From positions 31,000,001 through 31,064,000 of the forward strand of contig OZ024761.1 of assembly GCA_964016885.1 (NCBI GenBank): DNA of 64,000 bases, in the 5' to 3' direction. How positions within the stretch are numbered: position 1 is the first letter of the stretch; every line of letters begins with the position of its first letter. Source of the DNA: Eledone cirrhosa (taxonomy: Eukaryota). The notes beneath the pieces are model-generated. The model made no database searches. It saw nothing but the letters and a program-made list of their open reading frames with translations, and was not told where the DNA came from. The translations under genes and the position numbers were made by a program. Positions 17,431-30,692 of this stretch are shown one piece after another.

Positions 17431-19799
17431 ATCTTTCAACATAATTTTATCTAAGAATCATATGTTAATTTACTACCTTAGTAATGAAATAATAAATAGT
17501 TTTAGTTATTCCCACAAAATTCTTCATGAATGAATTTAAATAGAATGTATTTCATTAGCCCTTTTGATGCCAACCTAATTAAAATCAATACTTGGTTCTA
17601 TAAAGCAAACCATCTAATTTATTAAAAAGTTTCTGTTTGAATTATCATCTAATCTTCCAACTTAATTTTATATAAAAATCATATGTTAAGTTACTACTTT
17701 AGTAATAAAATAATAATTTTAATAAATCCTTCAAAATTCTTCGTTCATAAATTTAAATAAAGTGTATTACATTAGAAATATGGCACTGAAAGGATTTCAT
17801 CATAATTTTATGTAAGAACCATTGTTGAGTCGTCTCATTGCCCATAGCAGGACTGTTATAATTTTATAATAATGAAATTATTGTGTACAGTGCTCAGGTG
17901 CACTACAACTCATCAAAGGTGCATGTATAGTACATAGAATAATGTTCAAATGTCAGGAAAATGGACAGTGTATGAATCATGAAATACATGTGTATGTGTG
18001 TGTATGGAGGGGAGATATCAGGTGTAGTGTTGGCGAATTTCAGGAAGCATGGAGGTTTTAAAGGATGCAGTGATGCTGTATTTAACAATAGAAATTAAAA
18101 AAAAAAACTACCTTATATATTGGTTCTTGTCTCTTAATACTTTCTTCACAAGTATTCTCCACTACCAACTAACTTACCCTCCACTTTTGGGTCCTAGCCG
18201 ACAGGATGGAGAATTCCTTGTCCCGGAGGATGGCGAGGGAGATGCGCTGGAACAGTCACACCACCTTACTGAGCTCGCGCCCACAAGCAGCCAACTCCGC
18301 TCCGATTATACTTCAAGCATTCAGTTATGAGAAAGTATTCTAAATTTCTCAAATTATACATTACTAGCTTTCCATCATCCTCGAATGGATGAAAGGCAAA
18401 GTTGACCTCGGTGGGATTTGAACTCAGAGAGCAGAGAACCAAAACAAATGCTACAAATGCTGACATCCTAATACTCAATACAATGTGTATACTATTTGTG
18501 ACCCCCCCCCCCCCCTCTCTCTCTCTCTGTATACAGTGGAGTATAAAAAAGAGGAGGAAGTTATTTATTTATACAAATGAATTATCACATTTATGAAAAA
18601 TCATTTTTGCTTTCGTCATATAAAAAGTTTCATAGTAACCTGATGTGTGACAAACATGACTGGTTAAGTTAGTCTCTGTGGTAGCTGGTAAAATTAAGTT
18701 ACTTGGAGGCATTAGAACTTGTAATGCTGTTGTGTGTGTGGAGCTGTTGTGTGTGTGGTTATATACTGGGTCTCCCTCCAAAATGTATGCACACCGCTTG
18801 ATCAAGGATTACCTGGGGCTAAACAACAACAACAACATTGACACTACCACCATGACGATGACCACATTTGTATCTCTCAGTTTTCCCACTCTGCCAATAA
18901 CAGAGGAAAGAAGGGACATTTTAAGTTCCCATAACCGAGTTATCAAAGCAATGTCAAGTAAAAGACCTTCATACAATCCTCTTTATTTCTACACAAAGGC
19001 AAGAAAATGTTCCCTTTGACAAGAAACTACTCCTAAATTAAAATATTTTACACAATAAATATCTGTCACACCTCCAATGCAACAATCAATCCCATAAAAA
19101 TACATAACCACAAAAAAAAATTTTTTTTTAAAGGAAAACTATGTCATCTCTTTTTCTTAACATGAAAACATGTAATTCAATATCTGTAACATTCTTGTAG
19201 TTTATGATAAAAGCAGTGTCACAAATCAGTTTGTTAAACATTGCTATAGAAATTAACTGACTTAACCCTTTAGCATTTACATTACTCAATATTTACTATT
19301 GTATTTTTGTGGTAAAGGCTTTACCTTACATAATTATCTAAGATAATATTGAATCTATGAGATTTTGATGTTATTTATTTTGAGAACAATACCTTAATGT
19401 CAGTATGAGTAGCCAGTTATGACTGGTTTGAACAGAAAGAGGTGAGAGAATTTGGCCGGATACAGCCTGTTTAAATGCTAAAGGGTTAATGTGATTATTA
19501 ACCATCTTTCCAACAAAAACCCTGGGCACCTTTTTGAACTGAATTCCATTCTTGAGCAAGACACTTTATTTCATGTTGCTCCAGTTCACTCAGCTTTAGA
19601 AATGAGTTGCGACGTCATTGGTGCCAAGCTGCATTGGGCATTGCCTTTCCTTTGAACAACATTGGTGACATGGAGAAGGGAGATTCGTATGCATGGGCAA
19701 CTACTGGTCTTCCACAAGTAGCCTTGCCCGGACTTGTGCCTTAGAGGGGATCTTTCTAGGTGCAAATCCCATGGTCATTCGTGACCGAAGGGGGTCTTT

Positions 19800-20138
19800 A
19801 CCTTTTAATACCCGTCAACAAACTTGCTTACAAAATTAGAAAACAATACTTTCATAAACATTTTTTTCATGCTCAGAGTTGCTGAAGAATGGAACAAACT
19901 ACGTGCATCGGTTGTTAGCTGTCGGGGACACTACATCCTTCAAAACTTACATGTTCCCCAAAATTCACCAACACTACACCCGATATTCCCCCTCCATATA
20001 CACAGACCAACACATGAGTGTGTGTGACTGTGTATCATGACTCATACTTTTGTACATTATTCTATGTACGATACATGCACTTTTGATGAGTTGTAGTGCA
20101 CCTGAGCACTGTACACAATTTTCATTATTATTATTATA
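19800..20138 (+). mobile_element. CR1/Jockey-like LINE 3' fragment; related pieces at about 17860-18080(-) and 9890-9980(+)
   Basis: FFMLRVAEEWNKL..SVV C-terminal motif, followed by the shared tail GATGAGTTGTAGTGCACCTGAGCACTGTACAC..(ATT)n. Confidence 0.7.
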
Positions 20139-20689
20139 ACATCATAGAGCGGTGAATTGGCAGTATTAGTAGAGGGTCAGACGCCATGCTTTCTAGGTTA
20201 ACTTTGCCTTTCATCCATACGGGGTCGATAAAATAAAGTACCAGTAATGTACTGGGGTAATTGCTGGCCTTGCACCAAAAGTAGAAACAATTATTATTAT
20301 AACATCGGGACTACAGTTATGTGTGGGTGTATATGGGGGGGGGGGGGGGGGAGAGGGATATATAGATAGAACATCATTGTCATCATCGTCTTCATCATCA
20401 TGGGATGGGATGGGATGGGACTTTTCGAGGCAGTGTTTTATAACTGGATACCTCTCCTGGTACCCACTTGTCTGTTGCCTCCTATGACCTGCACGATTAC
20501 TGTGTACAAATTCTAAACCAGAAACACATTGCTAAATATGAGAATAGCATGGAAGATGATGATGATGATGATGATGATGATGATATATAATGTGTTATTT
20601 TTATCCCTTCATTTTACTTTTTTTCCTGTTATTTTAATGTTTTCCCACCACTCCCCCTCACACCCTTTCGGAACTCCTCTCTTTCCCAC

Positions 20690-20730
20690 CTTTCTCCTGA
20701 TGAAGGGCTTATGCCCGAAATGTCGTCCCT
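20690..20730 (+). ncRNA. Hammerhead core remnant; a similar one at 46729-46760
   Basis: CTGATGA-A-GGGC-TTAT-GCCC-GAAA-TGTC. The 46.7-kb copy reads CTGAAGA-A-GGGC-TAAA-GCCC-GACA. Stem I is not convincing. Confidence 0.5.
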
Positions 20731-20824
20731 CATCCCCACTCTCAAGCATGAACCTAATACCTAACACATTTCATAACTGTACTCCTTGTTGTTGTTGTTT
20801 ACTTTTCCAATATATATATATCAT

Positions 20825-21310
20825 CACCATCATCATCATTTAACGTCCATCTTCCACGCTAGCATGGGTTTAGACGGGAATTGTCCCACTTGAGGCAAGA
20901 TTGGTCGTCTCGCTCGTATAGGACGGTCTGGCAGGTTTTCTACGGTTGGATGCCCTTCTTAACACCAACCACGTTTACAGCGTGGACTGGGAGGTTTTTA
21001 CCGTGTTACCTACACGACCACATTACAGCGTGGACTGTGTTTTTTTGTTGTGACACCTACACTACCTCATTTGTTTAGGACTGGAAGTTGTGGTACCAAC
21101 ATAACTTTACAGGGAAAGGGGTGGTGTTGATGGGGGTGGGGGAGTGGGGTGTATATTTGATTAAGAGGTGCCTACTGACTGTAGGTTTCGCTTTGTACTT
21201 AGGCAAGGCGGGTCTTCTGTATTACTGCATAGTGCCAAAGATCTCGGTCCAGTGACATTGTATTAGAGAGGTGTAAGTGTGTAAGGTCGGAATTTATCAA
21301 ATCGTCCCAG

Positions 21311-21315
<5 letters not shown>
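20825..21315 (-). mobile_element. RTE LINE 3' end (same family as 7014-8770); another at 26220-26915(-)
   Basis: Reverse-complement match to the RTE stop region, 3' UTR and (GAT)n tail. Confidence 0.88.
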
Positions 21316-21359
<44 letters not shown>

Positions 21360-21361
<2 letters not shown>

Positions 21362-21972
21362 TAGCAGTGGTACCTGGCGTTGCACGGGATAAGGTATTTT
21401 GGAACGCGGGCCGCCAACAGACCTAATCATGGAAAAACTGCATGCCTGGACAATATGTAAAGAAAATAAACCGAATACTCTAATGGCTGGACAATCTTTA
21501 AGATTTTCCTCGATGAAGCCGGAAAAATGCAGGTTTTCACCTAATGCTAGGGGATCAAGAAAATGAATTTTTTTTTATGTGCATAATATGCCTTGAAATT
21601 CCCGGAAAATTGGCTATACGTAACGCCTCAAAAAAACCCCTAAAAAGCTGAAAAAAAATTTTTCACCTAATGCGGGCCCTAGGCCATAAAAAAGTTGGAG
21701 TTTCTTTGCTCACGGTATGAAGAAGAGACTGACTAATACATAGTCACAATTTCAAGGAAATCGGTCTGACATAACGCCTCAAAAGACCCCTAAAAAGCTG
21801 AAAAAACGCAGTTTTTCACCTACTGTGGGCCCTAGGGGATCAAAAAGTTGATAACACTCCCTGAAACATAAGTAATACACTTGTAAAGTTTAAAAAAAAT
21901 CGGTTGGGTACTTTTCGAGTTTTAGGGATTCAAACTCAGACAGACAGACATCCTCAGTTTTATATATATAGA
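21360..21972 (-). mobile_element. Non-autonomous Helitron-like element; further Helitron-like ends at 21973-22200 and about 22470-22515
   Basis: Minus strand starts TCTATATATATAAAA..(GTCT)n and ends CCCGTGCAACGCCAGG..CTGCTAGT (subterminal hairpin plus CTAG). Has an internal about 150-bp duplication. Confidence 0.65.
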
Positions 21973-23543
21973 ATAGCAGAAAACCACCCAGAGTGCGGTT
22001 TTCTGCTAGTCTATATATCTAAAACAGAGAATGTCTGTCTGTCTGTCAGCTCACTAAAACTTGAGAACCATCCAACCGATTGTTTTCAAACTTTAGACAT
22101 GTAATACTTATGGTCCTGTGAGTGTTTTGAGCAAAAATTGAGCAAAAATTATTTCAAATTTTCAATGCCCTAGGGACCGCAGGCGTTCTCTCTATATAAT
22201 TCTTAGTCTTTCTTTTTAGATAGATACATAGATATAACGTTGCGCCCTTATAATATCTGTCTGTATGTCTGGCTGTCTGCATTACGTCATTATGATGCGC
22301 TCAGCGCGATTCCCTCGGCCTCAGTAACCAAAGTTAGTGGAGAGGGGAAGGTAATGTTTCTGTAGCACGTGTTTTAGCGTCTATTCACTCTCTCTCTCCC
22401 GCTATCCCCCTCTTGTAGTCTGTCTCTTTCTTTCACTCTCACTCTCTCTCTACGCACGTGTTTCCACTGTCGGACAGACAGACAGAGAAATTGCTGGTTA
22501 TATATATAAGTAGATGAGTAAGTAATTGAAAACAGGATATATTTGGAGTGAGATGTTTCTTGTCAATCATACTGGTGTCACACTAAAATGTACCCAACCA
22601 CTTGCTGTAAAGTGATTGGTGTTAGGAAGGGCATCCAGCTGTAGAGATGTGCTAAGAGAGAATGAACAAGTTATACATCGTCATCTGTCTTATCTAGTTT
22701 CATAACAAAACATCCTGTTTGTGTGTGTCGTGGGAAGGGAATTGGGATTTGAATGCCGTGTCATTTTGTTCAATGTCAGAAATGAACTGCCACAATGATG
22801 AAAAATTTCTATTGTTCAGTTGAAATACATCCTGGTCTGTGGTCTGTGGTTGTTTCTCAACCAATTAAGTCAGTTTGTGAATAGTCCAAAATATTTTTTG
22901 TACTTGGTACACCACTTTATTTTGGTGTCTAGTTCTGGGTTAGCACATTCTAGAACATTCTATCACATGATTATTATTTTCATGGAAACATTTAACTCCT
23001 TATCAATATACCAACACTGCATTATCAAAGTTAGGTAGGTTTGTTATTGAACTTATAGCAGTGGAAATTTTTGGAGTTCTTGCCCCCCTCCTCGAGTCAT
23101 CTCCCTATTTACTGCTATTGGGGATGGAGTTGGCCACACACAGGAGTGAGTCCCATGAAGTGGACGGGAGTTCTTGGTCCCCAAACCATCTCCCTACTCA
23201 CTGCTATTGGAGATGGAGTTGGCCACACACAGGAGTGAGTCCCACAAAGTAGACTGGCTTCTTGTCAAACCTGTACCAGTGGAGACCACTGGTGTCCTGA
23301 GTAAGTGTGTGTGTGTGTGTGTATCATCATCATCGATTAACGTCTATCTTCCACGCTAGCATGGATTAGACGGGTTTGTCCCATTTAGATGCAAGTTGGG
23401 TCGGGTGACCGTGTCTTGCCCTTCCTAACACCTACATTTTACACTGCAGGCTGGATGTTTTGAGGTACCAGTATAATATACGTATATACATATATTAAGT
23501 AAGAATATTTTCGAAACAGCGAGTGGGTTTAAAATTATTAGAA

Positions 23544-23770
23544 ATGTAAGTTATCGCCGTATTTTGACTAAAGAAATTAAAGAAATTATTTTAGCCTGAT
23601 AGTGGGGTTAAGAACACTTGGAGAAATGGACGAACCCTCGGAGAAGTGGGTTCGACTCCCATGTACGTCAATACTCATCTTTTTCCATTTCTCCGAGGGT
23701 TCTTAACCCCACTATCAGGCTAAAATAATTTCTTTAATTTCTTTATTCAAAATACGGCGATAACTTACAT
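23544..23770. repeat. Inverted repeat with about 85-bp arms and a spacer containing GGGTTCGACTCCC
   Basis: ATGTAAGTTATCGCCGTATTTTG...GGAGAAATGGA / TCCATTTCTCC...CAAAATACGGCGATAACTTACAT, abutting (TA)n. Confidence 0.85.
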
Positions 23771-23974
23771 ATATATATATATATATACATACATGCAGAA
23801 GATATCACGATAATGATATACACACACATATATATACATTTGCGTGCATATACATGTACCATATATGTAATATACATACACATATCATATATATACATAC
23901 ACACTTCATATATAAACACAAATATATCATCAACCTCGTCGATTAGCATCCATCATTCATGTGTATGTATCATC

Positions 23975-24315
23975 ATTCATCATCATTTCATTTTACGTCC
24001 GCTTTTTCCCTGCCTGCAAGGGTGGGACGGGAACTGATTCTGGCTTGATTTCTACAGCTGGATGCTCTTCCTAACACCAACCTCATTTACAGTGAGTGCT
24101 GGGTGCTTTTTTGCCGTGGCACCTCCACGACCACTTTGCAGTGGAATGATATGGACTCCAGTCCCTATCATCTCATTTCTACAGCTGAGTAAACTGGAGC
24201 AATGTGAAATAAAGTGTCTTGCTCAAGGAAACAACACATCACCTGGTCTGAGAATTGAACTCACAACCTTTCGATTGCAAGGCCAATGCTCTAACCACTA
24301 AGCCATGTGCCTCCA
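23975..24315 (-). mobile_element. tRNA-head SINE with RTE-like 3' tail; near-identical copy at 42404-42736(+), truncated copy at 57765-57985(-)
   Basis: TGGCTTAGTGGTTAGAGC (A box) and GAGTTCAATTCTC (B box). The tail AAGGGCATCCAGCTGTAGAAA...GGACGTAAAATG(ATG)n is shared with the RTE 3' UTR. Confidence 0.85.
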
Positions 24316-24959
24316 TGTATATGTATATATGTTTGTGTGTATGTATGTATGAGTATGTGTGTTAGTAATAAACATAAAACACATATCTAGGATATCAGTT
24401 AATTTGGTTCTAAATAGTTTTCCCCAAATTACTACTATTAAGTTTACACATTATCTCATTATCTGACTTAATAGGATGTATTGTAACACATTATTTACTA
24501 TATAAATTAGTCTATTACCCATTCATTTGTTTTAAAGTTAGCATCAGAAATATTTGGTTTCAACAAATTCTAATGAATCTATATTTGTGGTGTGTATGTG
24601 TATATACATACATATATGATGGCTGCAACTTGATCTAGAGTAACGCCTTCACTTCATACTTAAGTATGAGCATCACAGATGTAGCTTTTTAGTTCTGCTA
24701 GGGACTTGCCTATGGCCAGCCATGCCATGCATCGCAAAAAATGTTACATATCAAGTGGTGTCTGTGCTTGAAGCTTGAGGAAAGACTGTATGGAGCCAAT
24801 CCCACTCTCTTAACATCAAATGCATTTACCTAAAAAGTGGAACTGGTCTACATCATTAGATGCAAATGAAGTCACAGGTTTTATATCAGAGTGACATACA
24901 TATATATGAATTCGTTACTAATAGCGATCAATTTGGAAATTTCTGTCCTAACTGAGGGA

Positions 24960-25045
24960 GTCTCTTGATAAGCTCGGAGCCTCATGGATAATGCAACGAT
25001 TAGACATTTCCACAAAGTATGAGCGAAACTGTTTACAGTCGGGAT
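24960..25045 (+). ncRNA. Decayed hammerhead motif
   Basis: GTCTC-TTGATAA-GCTC...GAGC-GAAA-CTG-TTTA-CAG-TC-GGGAT. The core differs from CTGATGA at two positions. Confidence 0.45.
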
Positions 25046-25150
25046 TAGAGGAATTTTTGGTACCGTTTATTTTTCCGTCAAACTTACATTTTAAACTTAG
25101 CCCCATTTAAATGATTATTTGTCTAGTTAATTTCTATGGAGTAGGAGGAA

Positions 25151-25211
<61 letters not shown>

Positions 25212-25786
25212 TATATACATATATAAACATACATACATGGGGCTGGGAGGATCCCTCAGTCATGTCAAGGACACGACAACCTCCTCATGTTGGTGACCTA
25301 CATGATAAATGTACCCTGTACATGCTGAAAGATGGTTGGTGATAAGAAAGGCATCCAGCCTTAGAAATCTTGCCAAACAAAGGGTTGGGAGGACCCTCAG
25401 TTGTATCAAAGACATAACAATCTTTCCTGTGCACTTGGTGGAACGGGAGACCATACATAAGCAAGACAGAGATCTTTGGCCTGTCTTGGAGATCAGTAGC
25501 TCCGCTTCAGTACCGATTTGGTCTATGTAGACTTATCAAACCCTTGTTAGCAGGGAAAGTGGATGTTAAATGATGATGAGGATGATGATGATGATCATCA
25601 TCATCATTTTTATGTCCACTTTTCTATGCTAGTTTGGATGGTATGGCTTGAGATAATGTTTTACAGCCTGATGCCCTTCTTGACATCAACACACAGGTGC
25701 AGAATTTACACAGCATATAGAGTTTAAATATTCTTTATTATGGCTAAGTGATGAGTTTTGTTAGTCAGAAGTTTCACCTCTTAGCC

Positions 25787-25841
<55 letters not shown>

Positions 25842-26154
25842 GTGTGTGGATTGATGGATGGTCCCTTAACTCCTGAGGGAGTCGTAGGAGTGCCATATTG
25901 ACATATGGCGTTTCTAGGGCATTTTAAAACCTGGTGGAGCCCAAACCCCTCCAGGTCTTAATAGAGCAGATTTCTTTCAGAGAAGGATAGAGAGTGAGGA
26001 AGAGATCGACTCCTGTACTAGACTGCTACTTTTTTTTATCAACCAGGAATGGATGAAAAACAATGTTGACCTCGGTAGGATTTGAACTCAGAGAGCAGAA
26101 ACGAATACCATAAAGCATTCTATCTGATGTTCTGATGACTCTGCCAATTCGTTG

Positions 26155-26185
<31 letters not shown>

Positions 26186-26961
26186 TTATTCAGGAAAGCT
26201 CATACATATATATATATCATCAGCATCTTCGTTTAACGTCCACTTTCCACGTTAGCATGGGTTAGAAGGGAGTTGTCCCACTTGGGGCAAGGTTGGTCGG
26301 GTGGCCATGTCTTGCTCATATAGGACTATCTGGCAGGTTTTCTACGGCTGGATGCCCTTCCTAACACCAACCACATTTACAGTGTGGAACTGGGAACTTT
26401 TTACCGTGTTACCTACACGGCCACATTACAGAGTGGACTGTGTGTTTGTTTCTCGTGACATCTCCACTATGTCGATCTCGATCTCATTTATCTCATTTAT
26501 TTGAACTGGATGTTGTGGTACCAACTTTATAGAGAGAGAGTGGTGTTGGTGGCAGTGGGAGGATAGGGTAGGGGTATTGGATTGGGGTGTATATTTGGTT
26601 AAGAGGTGTCTACTGACTAGGTTTCGCTTTGTACATAGACAAGGCGGGTCTTCTGTATTACTGCGTAGCGCCAAAGATCTCGGTCCAGTGACATTGTCTT
26701 AGAGAGGTGCAAGTGTGTAAGGTCGGAATTTATCAGATCATCCCAGGTTTTTCTGGGTCTACCTACCCCGTAACTACCATCAATTTTGATCGCTCAGCAC
26801 TTTTTTATACAGCTGTCATCTTTCATGCGCATCACGTGGCCATACCAACGTAGTCTTCTCTCGAGTAAACAGCATCTGATCCCTCTCATTCCTAATTTCT
26901 CACTTAGTTCATTTATTTATTTATATATATATATATACACACACACATATATATATATGCA

Positions 26962-27110
26962 TGAGCTTTCCTGATGATTTCCTTTGAATGAAACAGTTCT
27001 AGTCCTGTAGGAGCCATTTCTATATTAAATTTGTTGTTTACACTCTACTAATGTATCGAGTACCTTACTTACTTACTGTAGTTACCCCCGATTGAACCCG
27101 GGACTCACAT
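26962..27110 (+). mobile_element. Hammerhead-bearing short element in TA tract; family also at 27262-27350, 32090-32190 and 56968-57155
   Basis: CTGATGA-TTTC..GAAT-GAAA-CAG-TTCTAGTC-CTG-TA-GGAGC, followed by the shared tail GTACCTTACTTACTGT..CCCGATTGAACCCGG. Confidence 0.75.
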
Positions 27111-27118
27111 ATATATAT

Positions 27119-27168
<50 letters not shown>

Positions 27169-27747
27169 GTGGATTTCCGATGGAGGAACAGAGTTTTAAA
27201 AAAAAAGGCACTCAATAAGTTGATAGAGTATAGGCATCTTTATTTTATATAGAAATGTCTTTCTTCTACATGACTAGAACTGTTTCATTCTTATGAAATC
27301 ATCAGGAATGATGATTTTGTATGAATGAAACAGTTCTAGTCCTGTAGAAGTTATTTTTATATAAGAGAGAGAGAGTGAGAGAAGGGAAAGAGAGAAAGAG
27401 AGTGAGGGGGAGAGAAAGATTGAGTGAGAGAGTGAGGGGAGAGAGAGAGAGAGAGAGGGGAGTAAATAGAAAATAAATTAATTATGATTATTAAGAAGCA
27501 GAATTATGTAAAACATTTTGTCTCCGCCTTACAACTGCAGGAATTAACTTCTATTGTTTAGAGCAGGTGAAATACTTTGAAAGCAGCCTTTGTCCCAATT
27601 ATTTGTTTTGCCAGCTGAAGAAGTCAGTTAGATAGTTGTAATAATTGTTTTCGATTGGGACACAAAGCGAACAATTTTTAGGGCAGGGTGAGTCGATTAA
27701 ATTGACCTGAATACATTACTGGTATTTTATTCTATTGACCCTGTAAG

Positions 27748-28037
27748 CAAGAGCCTTGTTTCGGGGGGGGGGGGGGTACCAGGGGACAAGTCTCTCCCCC
27801 GCACACTTTTTCAAACGTCTATATTTTATTTTTTGTTTATTTGATATAACAAATTCTTTTAAAGCTTATTTTTTCATATTTAAACTTCATTTGAATATAT
27901 AAAATTTAATTAGCATAAAATTTTACTTATGAGATAGGGTCCAGGAAAGGCACCATACGCAATACTAACATGCTCCTTTAAGAATCAACAAATGTTGGTT
28001 TGTCCCCCTCCCATTTTTAAGGCAAACGAGGCCCCTG
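27748..28037. mobile_element. hAT-type MITE nested in a SINE
   Basis: Perfect 8-bp TSD CCTGTAAG (27740-27747, 28038-28045) and imperfect TIRs CAAGAGCCTTGTTT / AAACGAGGCCCCTG. The SINE sequence rejoins across it. Confidence 0.8.
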
Positions 28038-28409
28038 CCTGTAAGGATGAAAGGTAAAGCTAATCTCAGCAGGATTTGAAGTCAGTACGTAACTTTATGA
28101 CACGAAGCTTGGTGTCTGATGCTCTACCAGTTACTGCCAATTTCCCCCCATCCCCCACAAAGATTGATGTCATAATATCTCAACCTTTCATTCGGTTTTG
28201 TATTGAACGTTTAATAATATAACCAGAATTAGTCATCATAATTTTATATCCGTTTTCAACGTTAGCAATGGTTGGATGGTTCATCAGAGACTAAATCAGT
28301 ACTCAAGCAGGGAGATGGGATGAGGGGGGGGGGGCGTCTATCTTACTTATGTTCCTGTACTCTATGGGGTGCTCAAGCAATCTACGGGCCTGCATTTTGT
28401 TTACAAACT

Positions 28410-29110
28410 ATACCCAGGTTCTACAGAGTGCAATTTATCCTGACACCAGCACTAAGGAGCTTCTTATGTCTTTGACACAGCTGATGAGACCTCTCGACCC
28501 TTCGTTTGGCAGGTTTTCACAGCTGGATGCCCTTTCTATCGCCAACCACTTTACAGAGTGTACTGGGTGCAGTTATGGACACCACACACACTAAGGAGGT
28601 TATGTCTGACACAGCTCAAGACCTCTTCAACTTTTGGTTGGTTGGTTTTCCCGAGGTAGATGCCCTTTCTATCACCAACCACTTTACAGAGTGAACTGGG
28701 TGCAGTTATGGACACCAACACTAAAGAGGTTATGTCCTTGACACAGCTCAGTCCTCTTCAACTTTTGGTTGGTTGGTTGGTTTGTTTTCCCTAGAAAGAT
28801 GCCGTTTCTATCACCAACCACTTTACAGAGTGTACTGGGTGCAGTTATCATGAACACCACCAACACTAGGGAAGTTATGTCTTTGACACAGCTCAAGTTC
28901 TCTCCACCTTTCGTTTCACTAGTTTTCTACAGGTAGATGCTCTTCCTATCCGCAACCAGTTGATTTTATTGTGTAAATCACCAACAGTAGGGACTTTGTC
29001 TTGTCTTTTGACACAGCTGAAGAAACTTTTTGACAATTCATTTGGTACGTTTTTCACAGCTGGATACCCTTCTTATCACCAACCACTTTACAGAGTGTAC
29101 TGGGTGCTTT
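28410..29110. repeat. Degenerate tandem array of about 135-bp SINE/LINE-tail-derived units
   Basis: Repeated GATGCCCTTTCTATCACCAACCACTTTACAGAGTGTACTGGGTGC..GACACAGCTCAAG. Confidence 0.75.
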
Positions 29111-29548
29111 AAAAAAATAAACATCCCTCGCTTAACCCTCTTATGATCATATTTCTAATGAAATACCTCAGAGTATTTAGTTTCGGCACCTTCTCCTTAT
29201 ATTGTGAGTTCAAACATTGCTGAAGATCCCATTTCAAAAAGATGGCACCATATATATATCTAATAACCATTCCACCAGCTGCAGGTTGGCAACACCCCAA
29301 AAATCGTTTACCAGTGTACGTACTGCCAACACTCCACCCCCACCAAATGTCTGAGGTTTTATCCTTAAAACGTACAGCTACGACAATAAATACTAAAAAA
29401 AAAAAACAAAAACACTTTAATCCTCTTAATAGCCATGTGGCAAGTGGTGTAGTCAAGAACCTCCTTGAGTTTTGGCTCCGAGTCTTGACCTTCCGTAGAA
29501 ATGAGCTACTTGCGACATTTCAGCCTTAGCTATCTCTCTCTCTCTCTC

Positions 29549-29586
<38 letters not shown>

Positions 29587-29588
<2 letters not shown>

Positions 29589-30556
29589 TAAATATAAATG
29601 AAAATAGAGAAATTAATGTGAGCAAGAAGCCAACAGTAATTCATAATATATAAGTGACTATTACGTCAAGATGGAAAATATTTAACGTAAGATATGGGAA
29701 AATAATTCAATCTCAATTCAAAAAAAGTCAATACAGAAATTTTATCCACAGATTTTGTGTAATCCAGGGAAAAAAACCAATAGAGTCTTAACTCAGAATA
29801 AAATTAAGGGTAAATACTTATCCTTCAATTTGGAAAAATCTACAAATGCTCTATATAGTCTTAAAAAGAGTATTTCCCGAAACTTTTCAGTGGGGTTAGT
29901 CACAGTTAGAGTCGTTCATCAGTAGAGCTCAAACACGATAACCAAACTCCACTGCTAAAATATGCCAGAAAGGGAATTTAAAAGCAGGCTAGTTACACCT
30001 CGTGTGGAATTAAGATAATAAACACACATTGAGAACAGGGCTAGTGACGTCAGAATGAGACGGATGACTGTTTACAAGAAACAGCAGTCAAAACATTCCG
30101 AAAAAACTCAACAAAAGGTATGGAGTTCAGCATAAAGCAATATTATCGCGGTTTAAAAAAACCAAAAAAACCGGGATTAGTCACAAATAATTTTAAGCAC
30201 TCTAGGAAAATTTCCGAGTATAAATATAAATGAAAATAGAGAAATTAATGTGAGCAAGAAGCCAACAGTAATTCATAATATATAAGTGACTATTACGTCA
30301 AGATGGAAAATATTTAACGTAAGATATGGGAAAATAATTCAATCTCAATTCAAAAAAAGTCAATACAGAAATTTTATCCACAGATTTTGTGTAATCCAGG
30401 GAAAAAAACCAATAGAGTCTTAATTCAGAATAAAATTAAGGGTAAATACTTATCCTTCAATTAGGAAAAATCTACAAATGCTCTATATAGTCTTAAAAAG
30501 AGTATTTCACGAAACTTTTCAGTGGGGTTAGTCACGGTTGGAATCGTTCATCAGTA
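29587..30556 (-). mobile_element. 1.5-unit direct repeat (period about 632 bp) with a minus-strand hammerhead in each copy
   Basis: 29587-29922 repeats at 30219-30554. Minus strand: GCTCTA-CTGATGA-ACGA...TCG(G/T)-GAAA-TA..TA-TA-TAGAGC at 29848-29928 and 30480-30556. Bounded by TA tracts. Confidence 0.82.
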
Positions 30557-30646
30557 TATATATATATATCCCTCAATTTACCTCTCTCGTGTGTGTGGAA
30601 ATATATATATTTACGTCATGGTTAACTAAACGGAATAACCAGTTCT

Positions 30647-30692
<46 letters not shown>

